This document shows positions 1 through 5,296 of a stretch of DNA of 8,569 nucleotides, one piece after another (the first letter of the stretch is position 1; every line of letters begins with the position of its first letter). The notes beneath the pieces are model-generated. The model had not been told where the DNA came from. It saw only the letters and a program-made list of their open reading frames with translations, and ran no database searches. The translations under genes were made by a program, and so were the position numbers. The stretch covers positions 1 through 8,569 of the forward strand of contig PWLL01000053.1 in assembly GCA_003559395.1 (NCBI GenBank). The letters are read 5' to 3'. This DNA is from Candidatus Iainarchaeum sp. GTDB lineage: Archaea; Iainarchaeota; Iainarchaeia; Iainarchaeales; CSSED10-239.

Positions 1-44
1 ATATTAAAATTTTATCTTATTTAGATAGAGAATATCAAATTGAA

Positions 45-3000
45 ATGTCTAGTAATCATCCAAACAACAAAATATATTTTGGAGAAAATAATCTTACATT
101 TGAGGTAAAAGACAAATATAACACTCCTGTAGAAAATGTAGAAATAAAAAGTCCAGAACTACACAATAGACTTTTATGTTCAACTAATGAAAATGGAATC
201 TGTAGATTTTCAATAATTGTTGATGATCATTTAACCAATTCAGAAAGAATTAATTTTAATTTGTTTTTGTATGGTGTTGATGCGTATAATAGTCAAATTG
301 GATTTATAAGTAAAAACATTTATTCGTATGGTGTTGAAGAAAAAGAAGAAGTTCCAGAATTTGTGACTCCATCAGATTGTAAAACAGGAGAAAAAGCGAC
401 TCCAAAGATTGTTTATAATTGGAATGATATTGATGTTTTGTCTCAGTGTGTTATAGGGGATGTTAGTGAAGAATATAAGTTATATTGTGACTCTACACAA
501 ATGTTAATTAATATATTTTATAATATCGATAACGGATTTAATGATTTTTTCATTACGCTTATGGGTGATAGTGTTTCTAATAGAATGCTTGAAGATTTTA
601 TTGATTGTATTGTTGAGACAAAATCTTTATGTGATTTCTTATTACAATCAACAATAAAAGATAAACCTGGATTTAAGAGATTTGTTGAATTTTTAAAGAC
701 TCCTGAAAAAAGTTATGATATTGCTAGAGATAGTGAAAAACCAGGACTTTATTATGTAAGTTTTAATCATTTTAATCTAGATACATCAAACGAGTTAAAT
801 ATAGACATAAGTTTAGTAGATGAAATGACTGATGAAGAATCTAATCTTTTTTATTATCTTTCTATTAACTATCCATTACAAGATAAAGAATATGAAGAAA
901 GAGACTATGGTTTAAATATAAATGTTGAAGAAAATTCTTTGTTATTAAATAATGAATCTAGAATTTCAATAAGTAATAAAACAGATAGATCAACAAAAGA
1001 AGATATACCTTTGTTAAATATTAAATATTATGAAAATGATTTTGATAAAGCTATAGATTCAAAAGAAAATCTTTTGTCTATAACTAAAGAATTAATTATA
1101 GATAAAGATATTTATGATCCAGACACACATCAAGAAACTCAACAAGAACAAGAAACAACTCACGAAACAACAAACGGAACACAAAGTTGTTTTTCAGAAG
1201 GAACAGGAACAATTACAAATCCTTATCAAATATCTAATGCTGAAGAACTTAATTGTGTCAGATATGATTTAGATAGACACTTCTTGCAAACACAAAATAT
1301 TGATTTAAGTCAAAGTAGATTTAAAGATTCTTTTGATCCAATTGGAGAACGTTCTAATCCATTTACTGGAACCTATAATGGAAATAATAAAATTATTAAA
1401 AATTTAAATATAGAATACACTGACACAAAATTAGAATTTGTTGGTTTATTTGGACATACCAGAAATAATATGTATTTCGAATCTTTTATAAAACATTTAC
1501 ATTTAGAAGATGTAGATATAAAAGGTGCTAACTATGTTGGTGGGCTTGTTGGTTATAATGGAATAAATATTTTTAATTGTTCAGTAGAAAATGGAAACAT
1601 AACAGGTAATAATTTTGTTGGTGGTCTTTTAGGGTTTAGTAAAGAAAAATATATATATAGATCTAGATTTATTTTCATAATTCCTCGTGTAAAAAAAGTA
1701 ACTATAGATAATTGTTCATCAAACGTAGATGTTTCAGGATTATCAGAAATAGGAGGTTTTATAGGGTCTAATAAAAGCAAAATAATTAATAGTGTTTCTT
1801 TATGAAACGTAAATGGAAATCATAAGGTTGGTGGTTTTGTAGGTTCTAATTTTGGTGAAATTGGTTATAGTTTTTCAGAAGGAAATGTTTTTTCTTCTGG
1901 TAGTGCAGGTGGATTTGTTGGAATAAATCTTTCTTCTTCAGAATCTTCTACAGATTCGTTGATTAAAGAAAGTTATTCTTTAGGAGATGTTAAAGGGATT
2001 TCAGAAGTAGGTGGGTTTGTTGGTAAAAACCAAGCCTTTATTAGAGATTGTTATTCTAGAGGAGATGTTTTTGGTGAAGATCGGTTTGGTGGGTTTGTAG
2101 GTTTTGTTATTAGGGAAAGTAATCTTAAATCTAATTATTCAACTGGAAAAGTATATTCTAGATCTATTTCAAATGGTAGAGAATCAGTACACCTAGAACA
2201 AAATTATGGTTTTTCTGGAAACGTAGTTCCTGGTGCCAACTTTTGGTGCAAAACAAGCTCTGAACAAATAAATAATAGAAGATATGCGATTGGTTTGTCT
2301 TCAGAAGACTTTGTTAGATTCCATGCTGGATCATTTGCCGTATTTATGGGTTATTTTAGAAATATTTGGAAAAGAAGTAATGCAAATATAAATGATGGAT
2401 ATCCTACTTTATTAAACATAGGATATATAGATTATAAAGCAAAAATGATTAACGGCTTTGAGGATGACCAGACAGATTTTCCTGATATTGATTCTGTTAT
2501 TGATATAGATGTTTCATCAGAGTTACAAGGAGTAAATCTTGCTTATAATTTATTTTATGTGCCTACGGTTCCTGCAATTGTTTATGCAAAATCTTCTTGT
2601 GTCGGCACACATGATTTAGAATATGTGCTTGTTAATGATTCTCAACAACCAACAATTGAACTTAGAACAGAACCATTGTTTGTTTGGACAGATGTTCTAA
2701 CTAATGAAAAAATAGAAGATAATAAAAAAACAAAAGATAATGAATATAGTCATCATAGTTTAAATATCCGTTCTATGATTCGTGAAAATAACTTGTTAAA
2801 ATCAAACATGTATTTCCCAAAAAACCGTATTGTTGGTAATTATAAATTGTCTTTAGATAATAAAATATTAAATAATAATCCAGATTCAAGCTTATATAAA
2901 ATAAATCCAAAATTACGAGAAAATCAAGTTGTTTCAGATACAGAAATGATTCTTTCTTCAAATATTGATGAATCAACAATTAATAAACTAAATTATCTAG

Positions 3001-3242
3001 AAGGTTTATTTAAATTAATAGAAGATAGAAAGGTGTGTGTTATTAATACAAAACAAAAAACAGATTTGTTTTGGACCTCAGAGGTTTTAGACCCTTATAT
3101 TTTACAACAAGAACAATTAATAAAAAACATATCAGATTTACAAACAATTTCTGATTGTCCAGAACCAACTAAGCAAGATCAACAAACTCAAGAGCATTGA
3201 TTTTGTATAAATAGCTTTATAAACACTTTTGCTACTAAATAA
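45..3242 (+). CDS. Large GLUG-repeat (GGxVG) surface/exoprotein. It is 1065 aa if the in-frame TGA codons at 1803-1805 and 3198-3200 are read as Gly (table 25), and may be 5'-partial.
   Basis: Track ORFs 45..1805 and 1959..3200 share a frame (both starts are divisible by 3). My translation of 1806..1958 has no stop and reads NVNGNHKVGGFVGSNFGEIGYSFSEGNVFSSGSAGGFVGINLSSSESSTDS, which continues the repeat array. At least 7 repeats fit the pattern [NS]x[YCS]Sx-G-x-V-x-G-(3-4 aa)-GG[LF][VIL]G. The array is preceded by the usual lead-in of GLUG proteins (GTGTITNPYQISNAEELNCVRYDL..., PIGERSNPFTGTYNGNNKIIKNLNI, FVGLFG). It is followed by the usual C-terminal cap (FWCKTSSEQ..., NIWKRSNANINDGYPTLL). 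Past the TGA at 3198 the frame runs 14 more codons (GFCINSFINTFATK) to TAA at 3240-3242. The frame is also open from position 3 to the ATG at 45, and there is no signal peptide after that ATG, so the true start may lie upstream of the window. Confidence 0.7.
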
Positions 3243-3250
3243 TATTAAAT

Positions 3251-3634
3251 ATGAATCTTATAATCTTAAACTTTTTAAAAGATATGGACTTTGTCTTAAA
3301 GATTTTCTTTTTTTTATTTATAATTAGTTTTGTAAGAAAAAGAATAACACACAACACTTTTGCTCTCATACTTATAAGTTTATCAACTGTGATTTTAATA
3401 TTTTTTTATTGGCCAATCTTTGGTACTATGTTTTTTATATATATTTTGTTAACGATAGGAGTAACCCATGTTCTTGTTGATTTCTTCTTTGTTAGTATGG
3501 ACAAATCACCAGAAGAAATGGTTGGTGGAGATAAAGGGGCATCTGATCAAGGAAGCGATCCACATTCAGGAAAAGAGGTTATGGAAAAACAACAAAATAT
3601 ACAAAGAGCACAAAAATTTAGACCATTTAGATAA
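3251..3634 (+). CDS. Hypothetical small integral membrane protein (127 aa, about 3 TM helices, charged C-terminal tail)
   Basis: Long ORF on the same strand as its neighbours, ending in TAA. Three hydrophobic stretches are visible: VLKIFFFLFIISFV, FALILISLSTVILIFFYW and FGTMFFIYILLTIGVTHVLVDFFFV. They are followed by a hydrophilic tail, SPEEMVGGDKGASDQGSDPHSGKE.... I recognise no family. An alternative start exists at Met12. Confidence 0.55.
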   Translation: MNLIILNFLKDMDFVLKIFFFLFIISFVRKRITHNTFALILISLSTVILIFFYWPIFGTMFFIYILLTIGVTHVLVDFFFVSMDKSPEEMVGGDKGASDQGSDPHSGKEVMEKQQNIQRAQKFRPFR

Positions 3635-3636
3635 GT

Positions 3637-3990
3637 ATGAACAAAAAAGCGTTTATTAATTTTTTTGGAATGTCTTTAGTTTTGAAGATTTTAGTAGTTA
3701 TGGCTATTGCTTTATTGATACTTCCAATAATGATGCGCTTTTTTCCAGTTGTTAGATATGTTATGATAATCATTATTGTTTTTTTCATATATGATATTGT
3801 TTCAAAGGCTTTTGGAAATAACATATTAACTTATTTATTTACTGGTGTGTTATTATATTTTTTGATTGTTAGATATCTTTATTTTACAACAGTTGCAGTT
3901 ATTTTTTATTTTATGTTAAGTATAGGCGTTATGTCTGTATTTGTTTGGGGTACCAAAAGTGTGTTTGGTGGAAAAAAGAAGAAAAAATAG
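3637..3990 (+). CDS. Hypothetical small integral membrane protein (117 aa, about 4 TM helices, poly-Lys C-terminus)
   Basis: The ATG lies 2 nt after the preceding TAA, which suggests translational coupling. The protein is almost entirely hydrophobic helices and ends GGKKKKK, with a TAG stop. I recognise no family. Confidence 0.6.
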   Translation: MNKKAFINFFGMSLVLKILVVMAIALLILPIMMRFFPVVRYVMIIIIVFFIYDIVSKAFGNNILTYLFTGVLLYFLIVRYLYFTTVAVIFYFMLSIGVMSVFVWGTKSVFGGKKKKK

Positions 3991-4005
3991 TTTTAAATTA
4001 AGAAA

Positions 4006-4079
4006 GAATCTATGGTGTAGTCTGGATAGCATACAAGCTTGCGGAGCTTGCGACTTGGGTTCAAATCCCAATAGATTCA
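4006..4079 (+). tRNA. tRNA-Arg, anticodon GCG
   Basis: Cloverleaf folded by hand. Acceptor GAATCTA/TAGATTC (7 bp). D-stem GTGT/GCAT with D-loop AGTCTGGATA (GG and A20 present). Anticodon stem CAAGC/GCTTG with loop TT-GCG-GA (anticodon at 4041-4043). Variable loop CGAC. T-stem TTGGG/CCCAA with T-loop TTCAAAT. Discriminator A. CCA is not encoded. C35, G36 and A20 fit Arg identity. Confidence 0.85.
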
Positions 4080-4101
4080 TATAAAAAACATTTGAGAAAA
4101 T

Positions 4102-4341
4102 ATGCATTGGAAAAAAAAAACACTAATAGTAATTATTGCGTTTTCATTATTTTATTTTGTTTATGATTGGGTAAGATGTAAAGGCATTTGTGGGCCTGCA
4201 CAAAGAAACACTGCTTTATTTATTTTTGTTTTTATTATTTTTTTAACAGCTGTTTTTTTGTATTATTCTTTAAGTCTTTGGATGACCTATAAACAAAAAT
4301 ACAAAGAGATTAAAGATAAAAAAGACAAAAAAGAAAATTAG
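4102..4341 (+). CDS. Hypothetical small membrane protein (79 aa, 2 TM helices, CxxxC loop, Lys-rich tail)
   Basis: ORF on the same strand, starting 22 nt after the tRNA. The two TM segments are LIVIIAFSLFYFVY and ALFIFVFIIFLTAVFLYYSLSLW. The loop between them carries CKGIC and the tail reads KQKYKEIKDKKDKKEN. TAG stop. No family recognised. Confidence 0.5.
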   Translation: MHWKKKTLIVIIAFSLFYFVYDWVRCKGICGPAQRNTALFIFVFIIFLTAVFLYYSLSLWMTYKQKYKEIKDKKDKKEN

Positions 4342-4427
4342 AAAGGTTTATATATGAGTGCAGGTGTAATCGTTGTTTTGAGAGCCTAAAAACCAAAAAA
4401 CAACAATATGTTTAAAAAACCTTTCTA
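4339..4427 (+). other. Nested inverted-repeat (stem within stem) intergenic element containing a mini-ORF. Possible small RNA, attenuator or terminator structure.
   Basis: The outer 11-bp stem pairs 4339-4349 (TAGAAAGGTTT) with 4417-4427 (AAACCTTTCTA). The inner 8-bp stem pairs 4372-4379 (GTTGTTTT) with 4397-4404 (AAAACAAC) around a 17-nt loop. An 11-codon ORF, MSAGVIVVLRA (4354..4389), sits 7 nt after a GAAAGG that is itself part of the outer stem. Confidence 0.3.
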
Positions 4428-4468
4428 CTACAAAGATATAGATTAGATTCATTATAATAAAAAACTAT

Positions 4469-4475
4469 AAGGGGG
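4469..4475 (+). promoter_or_regulatory. Shine-Dalgarno-like AAGGGGG for the HU gene
   Basis: Purine/G-rich AAGGGGG ends 7 nt upstream of the ATG at 4483. It is the only strong G-run in this AT-rich spacer. Confidence 0.5.
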
Positions 4476-4482
4476 TTAAATA

Positions 4483-4752
4483 ATGAACAAAAAAGTATTG
4501 ATAGAAGAAATGGCATCAAAATCCGATCTTTCAAAAGCAAAGATAGAAGAAACACTTAATCTTGCTGTTGATAGTATGAAAAAGATTGTCAAAAAACACA
4601 AGAAACTACAACTTGTTGGTTTTGGTACATTTACTTTAAAAAACAGAAAAGCTAGAAACGGTATTAATCCACAAACAGGAGCAAAGATAAAGATTAAAGC
4701 TTCAAAGACTTGCGGTTTTAAACCAGGAAAAGCATTCAAAGACTATTTATAG
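4483..4752 (+). CDS. hup: HU/IHF-family histone-like DNA-binding protein (89 aa)
   Basis: Typical HU sequence: MNKKVLIEEMA...LSKAKIEETLN...V(G)FGTF....RKARNGINPQTGAKIKIKASK...FKPGKAFKD. The length is right for the family, a good SD is present and the stop is TAG. Confidence 0.93.
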   Translation: MNKKVLIEEMASKSDLSKAKIEETLNLAVDSMKKIVKKHKKLQLVGFGTFTLKNRKARNGINPQTGAKIKIKASKTCGFKPGKAFKDYL

Positions 4753-4769
4753 ATTTTCTATAGATTTTC
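4748..4769 (+). repeat. Perfect 11-bp tandem direct repeat (TATAGATTTTC x2) overlapping the HU stop codon, followed by a long T/C-rich tract
   Basis: Read directly: 4748-4758 and 4759-4769 are both TATAGATTTTC. A polypyrimidine run then extends to about 4812. Confidence 0.85.
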
Positions 4770-4877
4770 TTTTTTTCTTTTTTTTCTATTTCTTATAAAT
4801 TCTTTATTCTTATACCCACAAACTCTTTAAAAACCTACTACACTTATAATTATTTATAAATTAAAGAAAGAATAATT

Positions 4878-5139
4878 ATGAAAAAATATAAAATTGATGA
4901 TAAAGGAAGAATAAGGGTATCTAAAGATCTTTTATTTTTGTTTAAAGATAATACGAAGCTTACATTTGATTATAATCTAAAAGAATCTATTTTCTTAATA
5001 AGTAATAATTATTCAAAACCCCATCATCATTGATAAAAAAAACAGAATTACGATTCCTTCTTCTATAAGAAAATCAATTGGATTTTGTGGTTATGTAAAC
5101 ATAGATGTTTTTAATAAAAATATTGTGATCTATAAATAA
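4878..5139 (+). CDS. Small tandem AbrB/SpoVT/MraZ-like (swapped-hairpin) protein, interrupted by a +1 frame change at A4C4 (5015-5022). About 86 aa if joined.
   Basis: Frame A (ATG 4878) reads MKKYKIDDKGRIRVSKDLLFLFKDNTKLTFDYNLKESIFLISNNYSKPHHH, then TGA TAA (5031-5036). Frame A+1 has no ATG/GTG/TTG start. It reads ...NPIIIDKKNRITIPSSIRKSIGFCGYVNIDVFNKNIVIYK and ends at TAA 5137-5139. Both halves carry the D-x-x-G/N-R-I-x-[IV]-[PS] signature of AbrB/MazE/MraZ half-domains. The two frames meet at TCA AAA CCC C. Confidence 0.5.
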
Positions 5140-5140
5140 T

Positions 5141-5213
5141 GGTCTGGATAGTGTAGTGGTTAGCATCTAAGACTGTGGATCTTAGGGCCTGGGTTCAAAT
5201 CCCGGTCTAGACC
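5141..5213 (+). tRNA. tRNA-His, anticodon GUG, with genome-encoded G-1 opposite C73
   Basis: Extra G-1 at 5141. Acceptor GTCTGGA/TCTAGAC. D-stem GTGT/GCAT with loop AGTGGTTA. Anticodon stem TAAGA/TCTTA with loop CT-GTG-GA (anticodon at 5175-5177). Variable loop GGGC. T-stem CTGGG/CCCGG with loop TTCAAAT. Discriminator C at 5213. No encoded CCA. Confidence 0.9.
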
Positions 5214-5296
5214 CTTATAATAATTATTGTACATAATCAATAGATATTTAAGAATAACTAACCCCTAAATATATAATACATAAAGAAAGATGTAAT

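Noticed and set aside
1651-1668. Overlapping palindromes ATATATATAGATCTAGAT (TAGATCTA and ATCTAGAT) inside the second GLUG repeat. They coincide with an 18-aa hydrophobic/basic insertion (KEKYIYRSRFIFIIPRVKK) that the other repeats lack.
   Set aside because: The frame stays open and the repeat register resumes correctly (VTIDNCSS). Short AT palindromes are common at this base composition. There are no flanking direct repeats or other marks of an inserted element.
1553-1780. Minus-strand ORF of 75 aa. The same reasoning applies to the other antisense or overlapping track ORFs: 2773..2979(-), 3468..3659(+), 3627..3824(-), 3916..4107(-), 4476..4739(-), 5677..5988(-), 6977..7258(-) and 7156..7338(-).
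   Set aside because: Each lies entirely inside, or opposite, a much longer ORF with recognisable protein features (GLUG repeats, HU, HisRS, AlaRS) or overlaps the tRNA-Arg. Their translations are low-complexity F/L/I/S/K strings, as expected from the reverse frames of AT-rich coding DNA.
1803-1805. TGA as selenocysteine, or as Trp (table 4, Mollicutes-like)
   Set aside because: The aligned position is Gly in five of the seven other repeat units, never Cys or Trp. I also see no convincing hairpin immediately 3' of the TGA that could serve as a bacterial SECIS. A plain nonsense mutation (GGA>TGA) remains a live alternative and is noted in the finding.
1959-3200. Treating 1959..3200 (TTG start) as an independent gene separate from 45..1805
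   Set aside because: The TTG is an internal Leu codon (..STDS-L-IKESYSLGDVKG) in the middle of a repeat unit. The upstream 153 nt are open in the same frame and encode two more GGFVG repeats. There is no SD or spacer.
4453-4458. TATAAT hexamers as -10 promoter boxes (4453-4458 before hup, 4845-4850 before the AbrB-like gene)
   Set aside because: They are perfect hexamers, but in DNA this AT-rich such matches are expected by chance. No suitably spaced -35 element is evident, so I do not call them as features.
5214-5296. Possible T-box or other riboswitch leader upstream of hisS
   Set aside because: The spacer is only 83 nt and has no specifier-loop or T-box-like conserved sequence or terminator/antiterminator helices that I can find.
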